Of a stretch of DNA of 64,000 bases, positions 37,379 through 52,359 are shown piece after piece (the stretch's first letter is position 1; each line of letters begins with the position of its first letter). Origin of the DNA: Octopus sinensis (taxonomy: Eukaryota). The stretch lies in the NCBI RefSeq assembly GCF_006345805.1, contig NC_043004.1:38750001-38814000 (forward strand). The letters are read 5' to 3'. The position numbers were made by a program, and so were the translations under genes. Under the pieces are notes generated by a model. It did no database searches, was not told the origin of the DNA, and worked only from the letters and a program-made list of their open reading frames with translations.

Positions 37379-37550
37379 GACGCCATGATAGATCGTTAGC
37401 CACTACACACATTTTTTTCTCTCCTTGTTTTCTGTGTCCCTTTCTGTAGAAGAGCGTAGGCTCGAAAGGTAAAAGACTTTTTCTGTTCCTGAGCGTTATA
37501 GTAATACATCTGTGTTGTTTTGTACACCAGCTGTTCTTCGTCTCCCCAAT
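37377..37550 (+). mobile_element. Short pLTR-like element with hammerhead-like motif, inside (TA)n
   Basis: CTTT-CTGTAGAA-GAGC(gtag)GCTC-GAAAGGTA-AAAG at 37440-37475. Homologous to 34812-35072. Confidence 0.6.
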
Positions 37551-37624
37551 ATATAACTATATATATATTAAGATAATATATTATATATATATATATATAT
37601 TATATATAATATATATATATATAT

Positions 37625-38030
37625 ATACTCTTTTTACTCTTTTACTTGTTTCAGTCATTTGACTTCGGCCATGCTGGAGCACCGCCTTTAGTCGAGCAAA
37701 TCGACCCCGGGACTTATTTTTTGTAAGCCCAGTACTTATTCTATTGGTCTCTTTTGCCGAACCGCTAAGTGACGGGGACGTAACCACACCAGCATCAGTT
37801 GTCAAGCAATGCTAGGGGGACAAACACAGACACACAAACACACACACACACATATATATATACATATATACGACAGGCTTCTTTCAGTTTCCGTCTACCA
37901 AATCCACTCACAAGGCATTGGTCGGCCCGGGGCTATAGCAGAAGACAGTTGCCAAAGATGCCACGCAGTGGGACTGAACCCGGAATAATGTGGTTGATTA
38001 GCAAGCTACTTACCACACAGCCACTCCTGT
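37625..38030 (-). mobile_element. SINE-A, near full length
   Basis: Collinear with 3749-4153. Confidence 0.9.
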
Positions 38031-38297
38031 ATATATAATTAAACAACAGGTTGTACGGTGCGCGACGTCGATAAATCAAATTTTGGGCAAAATCTGCCTC
38101 TGGGAGAAGCAACTATGACTTTCTAGAAACCAACTAATGAGGAAATCTTCTGTGAATGATATGTGCGTCTTGTTTCTCTCCTGTTTTCCGTTCCTATGTT
38201 ATCGTCTGTGTTATCGATTATGTTATGTTATCACCCATTTTCTGCATGTTATGTGTTGCTCCATTCTTCATATCATGTTCTTTTCGTTCTACCTTTG

Positions 38298-38378
<81 letters not shown>

Positions 38379-39174
38379 GTCAGTTCGAGGGAGTTCTAAC
38401 ATCCTTAAGGATTATGCAATCCAAGATATTCGACTAATTCACAAATATCATATAATGCGAAAGTCACTTATATATTAGGGATTATTGTAATTGTATTATT
38501 GATCTTGAAGGAAAGAAAATGGAAAGAATTGGATTTATGAAAAATTTATTTGCATTATATTATATATATATATATACATACATATATATAATATATATAT
38601 TATATATATATATATAATACATATATATTACTTAATAGCCATTTATCTATCTATTCATTTTTATTTTATTATTTATTTCATCTTTTATTTCGTTTTTACT
38701 TTATTTCATTTTATTTTATAATCCATGAATATTTATAACTCGCCACCTAGATGCACTTACTATATATAGCATTTTAATTCTTTCCCTTTTTAACGCACTA
38801 TAAACTCTCTATGCGTCCTTCAAAAATGATAGCCTAAACCCTACAAGCTCATAAAAACCCTGAATGTATAACTGTTTTCATAGAATTTAAAAATATGCTT
38901 ACAATTTCTAATTAATTATGGGATAGTGCAGAAACACTCTGTACTATCTTCTTAGATTCTTTTAAATTCTTTTTGAGATTTACAACTTATAATCAATTTG
39001 TTTGTATTGTAATGTTTTTAAAAGAAACTGTTCAACAATTTTTAAAATACAAATAGATTTTCCCTGCATACATACATACATACATACATACATACATACA
39101 TACATAGATACATACATACGTATATTATATATCTATATAAATTTGTATGTATGTTTGTGTGTGTGTGTACGTAT

Positions 39175-39214
<40 letters not shown>

Positions 39215-39278
39215 CTGATATGCTTACGGATTGAGAGATAGATATATAGATAGATAGATAGATAGATAGCTAGCTAGC

Positions 39279-39318
<40 letters not shown>

Positions 39319-39914
39319 AGAGAGAGAGAAGAAAGAAAGAGATTCAGATGTATTGTAGCACATAAACATTAGATTGAATGTTTTATATTTATCCAAAAGC
39401 GAGTAAATGTCTAAGGGCAATGGAAATTTTTGTAAAGAAAAAAAATGCTACCGCATTATTAAGCTGCATATTGTGATAGCATCTGTTTATCACTCACATT
39501 GTTGGTATGTCAGGTGAACTCTGGAGTTATAGACATGTCAACTAAATGGAAACCTTCCTTTAGTCTTCTGATTGCCAGAATATTCTGGTAACTGATCTGA
39601 ATATTAAATCCATTGACACCAAAGCAGCTACAACACAAAGGCACCACGCACAAATGCAACCACACACCTGCGAATACATACATACGCAGATACATACAAA
39701 CATACTTGTATGTATGTATGGGTGTGTATATCTTGCTGTTAAGATACAACCAGAAATGCACTTATACAAAGCACATTAGGCATTTTATCATATTTCTGCA
39801 CATTTGTATACACACACACACACACACACACACATATTTACATATATATGTATGTGTGTGTGTGTATGCTTTTGAGGTAGTTGTTGCTCAATAAATTGTT
39901 ACTGAGCTTGATCA

Positions 39915-40935
39915 TTTCTTCATATTAACTCAAGAAATGAAAAAAATCTGCAGTCATAGTTGCTATACATGCAAACCAGAGGTTTAGAGATTAGCAACTT
40001 TCGAAATATTGTAAGATCAGTTCTACAGAAAGCTTACTTGGAATTGGAGGCATGTGTTGGAAATGTTTCAACTGAATGAAAGAGAAAATCATTCACAATG
40101 CTCAGACACTAAAAGGACACAGGAATTTATATATCAAGTTCAAAACATTATAGATGAAAACTCCAGAAGCACAATGAGGTCGACTGCTAAAAAAATTCGT
40201 AAAAAAATTCGTATGTCAGAGTGGACTATCAGAACTGTAGTACATCATCACATTCGATACAAATCCTATATAGTAAGGGAAGGCCAAAGACACAGGAAAA
40301 CCGTCTCATCCGTTCAAAACGGTTATTTAACGAAGTGAAAAATCCGTACGAACAAGAAATGCTTTGGCTTTTGTCCGACCAAAAAAAAAAAATGACTAGG
40401 ATCAAAAGTGTAACAAGAAATGACATGTGGTTATGTGCAGATCCTCCTGAAAAAGCCAGAGTGATGCACACGAAATTTCCAGCAACTGTGATGGTTTTAG
40501 GAGTGGTGAATAGCGAAAGTCATCTGATTCCTCCCCACTTTTTTCCACAGGGCCTTATAATTAATGCTGCTGGATACATTGAGGTACTGGAAACTCTTAT
40601 CAGACCCTGGCTTGATGAAGTATGCCATGGAAGATCATACGTGCTTCAACAAGACTCAGCACCTTCTCAGAAGGCCATAGTCACCCAAGAAGGGTTGCCA
40701 GACAAATTTTACGATTATGTAGCACCCAGTATGTAGTCTCCAAACTCGTCGGATTTGAACTGTATGGACTACGTGTGGAGCACTGTTGAAAGGGAGACTA
40801 ATCGTCATCCTCATAATTCCGTACCTATTGTCCAGGTGATGTCCGAAATGAATAAGAACCGTAGTGTCAGCATGCCAGCAGTTTCGGTTCCCCATTGAAT
40901 CGGTCATCGAAGCCGAAGGTGGTTTCATAGAATAA
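39915..40935 (+). mobile_element. Degenerate maT (DD37D) Tc1/mariner-superfamily transposon
   Basis: VMHTKFPATVMVLGVV, QQDSAP...SPNSSDLNCMD (37 residues between the Ds, reading through one stop), C-terminus EAEGGFIE*. Confidence 0.85.
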
Positions 40936-41030
40936 TTTGCTTTCAAAACCATTATCAAGGCAAATTGCACAAATATAGTTGTTTTATTGTATACCAAAAC
41001 TATTCTCAAATACCCCTAGCACTCTGGATA

Positions 41031-41126
<96 letters not shown>

Positions 41127-41523
41127 TGTGTATCGTCCTTAGTCGAAAGACACCTGTTGTTATGTCCTGTTATTATTTTATTGTATTTATTATTGTATTT
41201 ATATTTGTGTAACTTTCTCCAATTTTTCTGACCTTGTTTTTGTATACATTCGTTGCTGTCTTCCAAGGAATCTAATGCTTTTAGCTTAGTTTTTCCTTGG
41301 GGCTGGCTAGATTGGAGCAATCTCAAGAATAATCAGCCGAAATTGCGACGACAATCTGGTGCTTGACTGAGGACAGATAACTTCGAATGACCCGACCTTG
41401 TTTTCTTTGTATCGTCTATCTGGATTTTTTGCGTTCTTGTCCCATTTTGTATTTTATATATGTATATATATGTGTGTGTACGTGTGTGTGTGTGTGTATG
41501 TATTTAGATGGGCAGATATAGAT

Positions 41524-41560
<37 letters not shown>

Positions 41561-41626
41561 CCTACCTACCTATCTAACTACCTACCTACCTACCTACCTA
41601 CTACCAACATGTATACATACCAGTAT

Positions 41627-42024
41627 GGATGGATGGATGGAAGCACTCCGTCGGTTACGACGACGAGGGTTCCGGTTGATCCGAATCAACGGAACAGCCT
41701 GCTCGTGAAATTAACGTGTAAGTGGCTGAGCACTCCACAGACACGTGTACCCTTAACGTAGTTCTCGGGGTTATTCAGCGTGACACAGAGAGTGATAAGG
41801 CCGGCCCTTTGAAATACAGGTACAACAGAAACAGGAAGTAAGAGTGAGAGAAAGTTGTGGTGGAAGAGTACAGCAGGGATCACCACCATCCCCTGCCGGA
41901 GCCTCGTGGAGCTTTAGGAGGTTTTCGCTCAATAAACACTCACAACGCCCGGTCTGGGAATCGAAACCGCGATCCTATGACCGCGAGTCCGCTGCCCTAA
42001 CCACTGGGCCATTGCGCCTCCACA
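41627..42024 (-). mobile_element. tRNA-derived SINE, family D body with tail T2 ending in (TCCA)n
   Basis: A-box TGGCCCAGTGG. Body shared with 17272-17573, unrelated 3' part. Confidence 0.85.
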
Positions 42025-42399
42025 TACCGGTATATACGCTTATTCACATAGGAAATTTCAGACAAATACATATTTGAATACATACATTCACGCATACATA
42101 TATTTATCAGTACACACCAAGAAAGACACAAGATCTGAGTAACAAACATAAAGCTATAGCTCCAAACAGGTCTTCATTTCAGTCCTAATCATTATTAACC
42201 GGCATTAAATAAACACATAAATCAATATATATTAAGCAGAAGTGTGGCAGGAAGAATGTAAGGAAGGAATAATGGTTAACGTTATTGTTATACGGCTTTG
42301 CACGGGCTGACAATCGGGGAATTCTTAGAAGATCCAACATCTGTTTCTTTTAAATACGATAACCCTACTTTTATGCATATATACATATATCAAATCATG

Positions 42400-42810
<411 letters not shown>

Positions 42811-42900
42811 AGGGAAAGTTTACGAAAAAAAAAAGAAAGACGAAGACAGGTGGTGTACAAAACAAACAGATGTATTTGTATAACGCTCAGGAATAGAAAA
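42811..42900 (-). mobile_element. 3' fragment of the pLTR-like family seen at 37377-37550
   Basis: Reverse complement contains TTCCTGAGCGTTATACAAATACATCTGTTTGTTTTGTACACCACCTGTCTTCGTC. Confidence 0.65.
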
Positions 42901-43666
42901 AGTATATATATATATGCACGCAACCAAACACATATACACTATATATACCATAAGCTGCGGAAGTTTATCATTAAGGAAGTTTGCAATAATATAAAGTAGC
43001 CAGAAAGAGCCTCATTTCTGAAAGTGACGGATTTGAACGGAAATAATCTACAGCTGGATAGGATTATATTTCTAAGGTGCATGAGTTTTGTATAAGAAAC
43101 AATTTTCTGATCTTTTTTAGTCCGCCATGTTCTTTATATAAGCTGGTATAGGAAAGAGTGTATTAAAACAGTATACTCGTTTCTTTCATAATATTGAATT
43201 TCTCTACTAAATAATTCTGATTATTAATAGTAATTATTATTAATATCAAAGGCAAATTAATTATGAACAGGGATACTTATTGTTATCGTATGTAACAAGG
43301 ATATTGTGTCTGCCAGACATCCGTGCTATCTGTGAAGTCACAAGGAACTCTGACAGGCAATACTTTGAGCAGTACAGCAGGTTTTAGCAATATAACAAGA
43401 TTGTAGGGCATTTCTAAAGTGTCTATATGTTTGTTTAGGTATGTTAGTATTGAACCTAATGCTCTGATGACAACAAGAACAAACTTAATGTTTGACTATA
43501 GCAACTGACACATCTTGGCGTTTTCAATTTTCAGGTCACCATATTCGTCCACCTTTCTCTTTCTATCTACATATTTATCAACGATACTAGTTTACAAAGA
43601 TTCCTACGAAGAGAACGATAAGCAGTTGGTGCATGCGTGTGTCAGCGCGCGCGCTTGTGTGTGTAT

Positions 43667-43728
<62 letters not shown>

Positions 43729-43984
43729 CTAGGAACGAGAGACAAAGAAAGATTAGGAAAGCAACATAATGCAAATGTACAATTTTCTAACTTCAATAGT
43801 AAGATAGCAAAGCACCGTGAGGAAGCAAAATGCAAAACAATATTTTAAAATAGGCAAAACGAGAGATCAACTAAATTTTAATTTACTTACGATGATGAAG
43901 AAAAGAATAGACATTTGCATCTATCTTCATATTGAGAAAATAATCCTGGTTTAGACTAAAGTTCGCAAAACCCACATGGAACAC

Positions 43985-43985
43985 A

Positions 43986-44082
<97 letters not shown>

Positions 44083-44217
44083 GTTATTATTATTATTATT
44101 AAGGCGGCGAGCAGGCAGAGTAAAAAGCTCACCGGCATTTCATCCGTATTTACATTTTGAGCACAAATTTCTGCCGTTGTCTTCTTCTTCTTCTTCTTCT
44201 TCTTCTTCTTCTTCTTC

Positions 44218-44280
<63 letters not shown>
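43985..44280. repeat. Two (CTT)n(ATT)n compound microsatellites around a short SINE-B head stub (about 44100-44145)
   Basis: Direct reading. Confidence 0.85.
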
Positions 44281-44281
<1 letters not shown>

Positions 44282-44559
44282 CAGCCATCAACCAGTAGGG
44301 GCAGTACATAACCTCGAGAATTTTAACGTTAACAATTTATGAAGGTATAGTACTGTTAAGAAAAATTGATGTCTTTCTCGAGGAAACAATTAAGAGCTCT
44401 ACTTAAACAGGATAATATGCAGATTCTGGGACGGGCATTGCTACCCGAAAGAAAATGTGCTCGTAATTGGCAATCTGTGGTTAGCTAAGGCTCACACAAA
44501 GTGAAGAGTCTTCTCTATCCAGCTCATTCATTGTCTTAGCATTGATGACACGTGACACT

Positions 44560-44798
44560 ATACTCTTTTACACTTTTACTCTTTTACTTGTTTCAGTCAT
44601 TTGACTGTGGCCATGCTGGAACACCGCCTTTAGTCGAGCAAATCGACCCCAGGACTTATTCTTTGTAAGCCTAGTACTTATTTTATCGGCCTCTTTTGCC
44701 GCACTGCTAAGTTACGGGGACGTAAACACATCAGCATCGGTTGTCAAGCGATGTTGGGGTGGGGGACAAAAAAGACACACAAACATACACACACACAC

Positions 44799-44837
<39 letters not shown>

Positions 44838-45004
44838 TACGACGGGCTTCTTTCAGTTTCCGTCTGCTAAATCCACTCACAAGGCTCTGGTCGGCCCGAG
44901 GCTATAGCAGAAGGCACTTGCCCAAGGTGCCACGCAGTGGGACTGAACCCGGAACCATGTGGTTCGTAAGCAAGCTACTTACCACACAGACACCCCTACG
45001 CCTA
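44560..45004 (-). mobile_element. SINE-A, full length
   Basis: Collinear with 3749-4153. Confidence 0.9.
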
Positions 45005-46879
45005 TGTCAACCCGTTTCTATTATATTCTCCGAACCTGTTTTCTAGTATTTTATTTCGTTGTCGTCAACCTTGGAAAAGGTAGCGGAAAGTTAATATAAT
45101 ACTGCGCTACTCCCTTACACTTTTGAATATATTTATTCGTAGTTTTCTTTCATTCCCATTGCTTCTATTTTCTAAGAACACACCTTCTTCATTTATCATT
45201 TGTTTCTTACTAGTACAGTCTAGTACGAAGTGTCAATGGCCAACTTGCAGCGCTTAGTGACACCTTATTACAGAGTATACTGTACAAATAAACGAATACT
45301 GAATCCAACAAAACGGTCTAAATTACTCTTACAATGTAAATATTATTGTCAGCAAACCTTCTCAGGAAGCAAAGCAATCACAACTACACGTACACACAAT
45401 CACAAACACACACACATACACACATAGGCGCATTCACACAAATACACACACGCGCACACACAAACAAATACACGTATGTATATGGGTGGGGCGTGTGTGT
45501 GTGTGTGTGTGCGTGTTTGATATGAATGAGTGTGAAAATGTCTATAAAGATATGTGTGGAGTAGGGGTATGTATATCTGTATGTATCTATGTTTATACGT
45601 CATTCTCTCTTAAAAGAGACAAAGGTAAAATATAACTAAAAAGATTCGACCGCCATGATCATAAGTCTGTTTGGCCAGGAATGCTATACGAGTCTAAACG
45701 ATCACAACAACTACAAAATAAACAAAATGCAATCCTTTCTTTGGAATTGAGATTTTGCAGCAATATATTGAAGAAAACTATTGATGTGGTTTGAATAAGA
45801 CAAGACAATATCGAAAGAGAGAAATATGTAATCGATTCAATTCACTGTAGTATTTAGTTTCTACTTACTTTATCGCCAATTCACCCAGAATATATATAAA
45901 GGTCAAATAGAAATCGACAATCTCAACTCAGATTGATATTGAAAATTGAAGATAAGTAATTACTGCAAAGGAATCAAAATGATATTCTAGATTTCCAGAC
46001 TACACGCTCCGTTTATGATAAAATAACATTGTAAAAACATTAAGTGGAATGCGTCGAATATATTTCAGTGTACCAGGAATAGCACATACAGTTACGCATG
46101 TATACATTCACATAAACACTCGCATGTTCACACACACACGAATACACACGTTCACACGAACAAAAACACACGTGTGCGTATGTGTGCTAGTGTGTCTGTC
46201 TGATTGTGTGTGTGCGAGCAATTTGACACACTGAGGGTGGTCTAAAATTTAAAGGAAAAACAAAAAAGAAGTAATCGCTATTAATATCTATTTATTTACA
46301 TTCTATTGAAAAGAAAAATGAAATGAAAATTCAATGAAGAGAGGATCCTGCCTGTATCAACAAATGTCGAAAGCAATGGACGTGTGGCGATGTTCTGATA
46401 TCCAAGAATAAGGATAATCCCAAGTAAGGGAAGTTATTAAACTAGCAAAATTATATATGTGACACTCTTTCGGCGGTGATTGATAAATGGACATCAAACA
46501 ACGACATTGTAAGATTTCTCGGTCAAAAACTAACAACTGTCCAAAATTTCCTCAGTAAATTTAAGACAGATTAAACCATGTACACAGAATGACACAGCAT
46601 TCGCTACTACAAAATAAACTTGGAATGGATGCAGCTCAATGTAAAATACAGAAATGCTTTTTAATATACATACACACATAGGTATTTCGGCAGACTTTAC
46701 GTTTGAGCGCAAATTTCGTCCAGGTCGACTTTTCATTTCCTACTTTGGGGTCGATCTAATCGGCATATCGCCGAAATTTCTGGCCTCGTATCAAACTTTG
46801 AAATCAATATATATATATAAGATGAAATACATCAGCATATCTTATTGCTACTTTCGGTACAAATGAAAACTTGAAGTTT

Positions 46880-47620
46880 AATCTCAGGCCTAAAGGCAAA
46901 CAGGGTTGTTATTCTGAAAGTAGAAACACCGTCGCAAATTGCATGACATACAGATACCAGGGCAAACAGCTACTAAAGATGAAAAATCCATGTTGTTTTG
47001 GTGTCTACACTGAAAAATATTTACGAAGGAAGGTAAACGCCAGGGCTTATTAATACACATAAAGCTGGCCTGTTTGAAAATGATGGAAAACAAGCTTAAG
47101 TTTCTGACTAAGAAAAGCAGAAAATGGCTTCTCTCACGAAGTTGAGCCGTAATAAATCAATTTAGGAACACTTTTCGAAATATTACCTTCCATTTCAGCA
47201 CAGCCTTCAAAAAATAATATCAAACTAAATAACTTGAATATAAAGTCTTGCATCTTGTGGAGAATGCCCCAGGTTTGTCCTCAGATCTTATTATTTTACA
47301 GCTAATATTTAGTTAGCTTTTCTGTATTCAAACACAGCGAGATTTAATTCAGATTATGCAGGAATGAATTATTACTACACACAAAACCATCTTTTTGCGG
47401 TGCACTTTTAAAAAATGATGTTCTGATATGGTAAACCTAAACGTACTTTAAAGGAATTCTATCTTAGTTACCATATCTTGAGTGCTATTGAAAATTTGAC
47501 AGCAGAAGATGAGAAAGAAAAATACAGAACAATTGTATCTTGTCTGAACTAAAATATGTCCAAGTTGAATTGTAGCCGACCCGTGTTTTGAATAGAAAAT
47601 ATAGTCTTTATTGGAAGAGT
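46880..47620 (+). mobile_element. Highly degenerate pogo/Tigger transposase remnant
   Basis: LEYKVLHLVENAPG...DLIQIMQE*II resembles the Tigger motif LPFKVLLILDNAPGH...SLIQPMDQGII. Confidence 0.45.
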
Positions 47621-48294
47621 GTTAGTGTACTGGACGAATTTTGATTTAATAAAAGAAATAAAGTTGGTGCGTTTGTATTTGAATCATCTAATAAAGAAAA
47701 ACTTAACGAGGGCCTCCCCGAGGTGGAAAATCCCCGATTTAGCGATGCAGATAAAGGGTTGAGAATGCAGAACCATCTTGAAATATAATAACTAAAACTT
47801 TGAGGTTTTCTACAATTTTATATAAATTGATATGCAGTTCCAACGCATTATACAAAAAAGTAGAAAATCTGCGCTGCCACGAATCTTGGAGATGTATTTC
47901 ATTAAACAATGAAACCATTGATTCCTATTAACCATTTTGAAGTGTCTATAACGCCGTTTATTTTTTTTAGTTTTCATTTACAACTATGGCTAGGAGTATA
48001 TAACGGCAGCCACATTAAACTCATTGTAAAAATAAGTTTCACTTCGCTTTGCTCAATTCCTTGAGTTACGAACAACGTTAAGTGAAGACTGGCTTTATAT
48101 GTATACACTATATCTGTATATCCATTTAAGTTTAGCTATAGCATGCAACTCTTCCGTGCATTATGAATATTATTATTATTCAGTAGTTTTATTTTTATAT
48201 ACCAAGGTAGCTCTGTGTGCCTTGGGTATGTGCTCTGGTTTTCTGTGATGCTCTTATGGTTATTATTTAGATTGTTATAATTTTATCATCATCA

Positions 48295-48330
<36 letters not shown>

Positions 48331-49599
48331 TATTATTATTATCATCATCATCCTCATCCTCCTCCTCCTCCTCATCATCATCATCATCATAGCTGTTCTT
48401 TCAGCGAAAAGGAAACCTTATATCAATTGTCTTATTTTATTCTAGTTGAATAAAAGTCGCCGTAGCTTGTCTGATATATCAGTGCATAGAAAATTTCAAG
48501 AAAACTGTTATAGCTACCGAGCTTTTTTTTCACATTTTAAAAATCATTATTTGCAACTATAAGGCCTGACTGCTGTCATCAGCACTTCACCGTATTGCTG
48601 ACAAAGACATTTTAGTATTAAGTTTGAAATATGCTACGCTATAAAATGATTTCTGATGGGAACGGTATGGAGAAGAGAGAAAATATATAGCTAAATTGAC
48701 CACATTAGTATACAATGATCAGCTTAAGTTCGTCTATGTACGCATACTCTCTCCTGTTTCTGATAATTCAGATAAAAAAAAGTACTTCATATGCTTCGTG
48801 CCACATAGTATTTCATGATCGTTAAGGAATAGACAACAACGAATATACACCAACACAACTTTATATGAAGCAATTAATAAAGGAATCATTAAACTGAACT
48901 ATAGTCAATTTTAAATATTACTCTACTTTCGGATGTCTATCTAACGATAATGTCAAGACCAATATCTTTTGTAATTTAGCATGGTAAACGAATTATTTTG
49001 ATTACGATAATGTAATTTCTATATCAAAAACATGTGATGCGAATGGCAATTGTGTATTATTTGAATTAGACACCAGCAGTAATAAAACAAGAAAATAATA
49101 TCTCTTTAAATAGTTGCTTATGATGTTTTGTTAACCCTAATCTAATCACGACAAAATAAAACAGCATTGTGATATCATGTTTTTATATTTATATTAATAT
49201 CAAGAGGCTAGAAGTGACTAATATCTTGTCATGTTAATTTAGATAATATACTGGTAGTCATATTATAACGAGATAAATGGAAACGTTTGTCTCGTGGATC
49301 TTTTTTCTTTTTTTTTCTGAAAGGGAGGGCGTTGGGGTTTTATTGAATAATACAGTGAGATTCTGGAAATGAGGAAAAGCTGTGGATATATCATATATGT
49401 CTATACGTATGTATGCACGAAGCAGTGTGTGTACGTAACTTCGTTATGTACACACAGTTACAAACAAATACACACAATTAAACACATATACATACATACA
49501 TTCATACATACAAATATACACAAAGAGGAGCAGCTCCATCCAACTCGCAACTTCACTAGAAACTGTACTAAGGAGAGCCAATCATTTTGAAAGGCGATG

Positions 49600-49645
<46 letters not shown>

Positions 49646-49837
49646 ATATATATACACCTACGTGCATACAACTACACACACACTATTATTCGTTGGAAAT
49701 TATATGCAGCACTGGATAAATATTTCTCACCGTCAAGTACGGGAAATTAAATAATCGCCATAAAGTAAAATTTTACAATTCAATCACCAGCACATCAAAA
49801 ATATTAAGATTTTACTGTATCTCAACTGTAAAAAAAA

Positions 49838-50071
49838 GTTACCTTCTCGATTCATGACGGCCGGTTTCCCGGTTTCCATGGCGTATAAATTCCTCACTTG
49901 GACGAGACGCCGTTCCATCGCAGGGTTACTCATTTTTGCTGGCTGAGTCAACTGTATCAACATGAAATGAAATGTTTTTCTCAGAAACACAACGCGTCGC
50001 CCGGTCCGGAAATTGAAAACAATTTTATGATCATGTGTTCAACACATAATCAATAAGCCACGTACTTCCAC
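49838..50071 (-). mobile_element. Diverged SINE with family-C body and tail T1
   Basis: Body like 1196-1542. Tail CGTCC...GTGAGGAA..TATACGCCATG.AA.CGGGAAACCGGCC like 17272-17573. Confidence 0.7.
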
Positions 50072-50299
50072 TTACTTTCTAACTGATGTAGAACAATTCA
50101 ATGTCCAGCAAGTCATAATTTTAAGATAAACTTTAATGCTAATTTTTCTCCAGTAGTTTTTGATACAACTGGGGAAGGTAATTCTATCAGTGAAATTATA
50201 TCTTTAAAATATTATCTAGGAATAATATTGGTGATAAATAGTGAGAATAATCTTGGTTTGGCACCTAATTCCGAAAACAGAATTAGTACTTATTATTTT

Positions 50300-50720
50300 A
50301 ACCATGAGTGCTACAAACGACTTTAGAAACAATTTTATGTGCGTGTTAGAAAATGAAGAAAATTATATATCAATGTATAGTAATTGTAAGGAATCCTACG
50401 TATTATTACACATGTTTTTATGCTACAATTTTGAAATCGAGATTACATAACTGTTCGTTTTCATTTAAGTTTACGAGGATACGTAATCCTAAGACTCTTA
50501 GTAAATGCATTTGGGATTTAAAAGACAGAAACACTAACTACGATATGAAGTAGCTAGTTATTAGTTACGCTCCATCGTACAATACTGGTAATTTTAATTG
50601 AGATCTTTGCCGAGAGTAACTATATTAAACAATTTCTTCGAAATTAAAATCATCTAATTGTAGAACTAGATTTACGTTGAAATGATCCAAAAATGTAGAA
50701 AAAATATTTCCATAACTGTT
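50300..50720 (+). mobile_element. Degenerate Penelope-like GIY-YIG endonuclease region
   Basis: IIYQCIV...LKSRLHN..SF...TLSKCIWDLKDRNTNYDMK*LVISYAPSYN matches the PLE motif LSKxIWxLK...YxIxW. Confidence 0.7.
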
Positions 50721-51944
50721 TCTGTAGTGAATAGCACCTTAATTACAATTGTATTTGCTATAATCTGATTAGCATAATATTTCTAAATTTTTTAGCATAC
50801 ATAAATAGCTACATAGCTAAATGTCGTGACGAAGAATTTTTTACTGACGCCATCATAAGTTTAAATTCAAAAGTGGCTTTTGTTAGAATATTATAGTCCA
50901 TTTTAACGTTCTTTTTGAATGCGTCTGTATATTATAGACATTATTGCAGTTCGCTTTGAATTTAACGTGCATTGGGTTACATTGATATATTTGTGATAGG
51001 ATGAATTTTCTGATATATTGGTTTGATTGGCATTTTATACCACTTTTGTTTATATCTACATATGACACAATAGAAACGATAGTTGGTAATGTTTGGTGTA
51101 ATCCTCAGACAAAGATGTGACTTTTCTTCATTCTTGTTCATGCTGTGTGTGTGTGTATGTGTATGTATGTGCGTGTGCGTGCATATGTGTATGTATGTGT
51201 GTTCTATTTTTAATTACTCAATGTCTTCCGCTAAGAAAGGAACTGGTATATAACAAAGATACAAATTTCTTTCATCAGAATGCAAATAACTAAAACACAA
51301 AAATGACATATACTGAAATTAGCAAAGTCTTGCAGATTCGTATTGTTTTGCTTATGGATTGTAATGTGCGATTTACTTGGTTGGTTCTTTTTTCTGAAAA
51401 CCCTTTCTAGGTAATTATTTAGGCATTTACCAACCAAAACAAATGCATCCATTTTTATTGATATAAATGTGAATTTATGATATGGATATAGAAGCCGAAG
51501 ATTTCAAAACTATCCTCTTGCTCTTTGATTTCCGAAGATATTCATACCAGGGTGACACCTGATCTCTATGGCAGAACACACTTTTATTGTCTGACTCCAA
51601 TTACTATATCCCGAGTTTTGGGTTTACATTTGGAAGAAATTTTGATGGGTACGATCCACCAATCACCAATATTACTTTTATTGATTTTTACATCATTCTG
51701 TCGGATAGGAATATCTTTGCAATTATATTCTTAATTAGTTCACCGTTGAGAATTCAGAATAGAGGTATGTGTGTGGGGGTGAAGACATGATTGCGCACGT
51801 GAATATCTACATATATTTGTGTTCGTGTGTGTGTGTCAGTCTATATGTCTGTATCTCTGTTAGCGTGTTTATCCGTATAAAACAGAGACAGATATATGCG
51901 TATATATCCAGCTACACACACATGTATATAAGGAGATTAAGGTG

Positions 51945-52140
51945 GTAACCCGGAAGAACCATTAGCATGCCAGGAAAAATGCTTAGCACTATTTCGAACG
52001 TCTTCACATTTCTGAGATCAAATTCCGTCGAGGTCGATTTTGCTGCTCTTCCTATGGGGTTCGATAAATTAAGTACCAGTTAAACACAGGGGTTGATATA
52101 ATAGATTCATCCCTTCTGGCCTTGTACCAACATTTGAAAT
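51945..52140 (+). mobile_element. SINE-B, diverged
   Basis: GGGTTCGATAAATTAAGTACCAGTT central domain. Confidence 0.7.
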
Positions 52141-52359
52141 CTATATATAAGGAGATGATTAACGGAAACCTCACGACTTGTCTGCAAATAAATTACGCAA
52201 GGTATTCCGTCCGAAATGAAGTGATAATGAGAGACACTGAGCAATGATATTCACATGGAGCTCTGGACGCCGGCGAGAATCGACAGGCTGGTCTGCTGTC
52301 GGTGTATGAAGTGGGTGCGTGGGGCAACCAGGAAAACTTTCAGATATCCCTGGCCAAGT

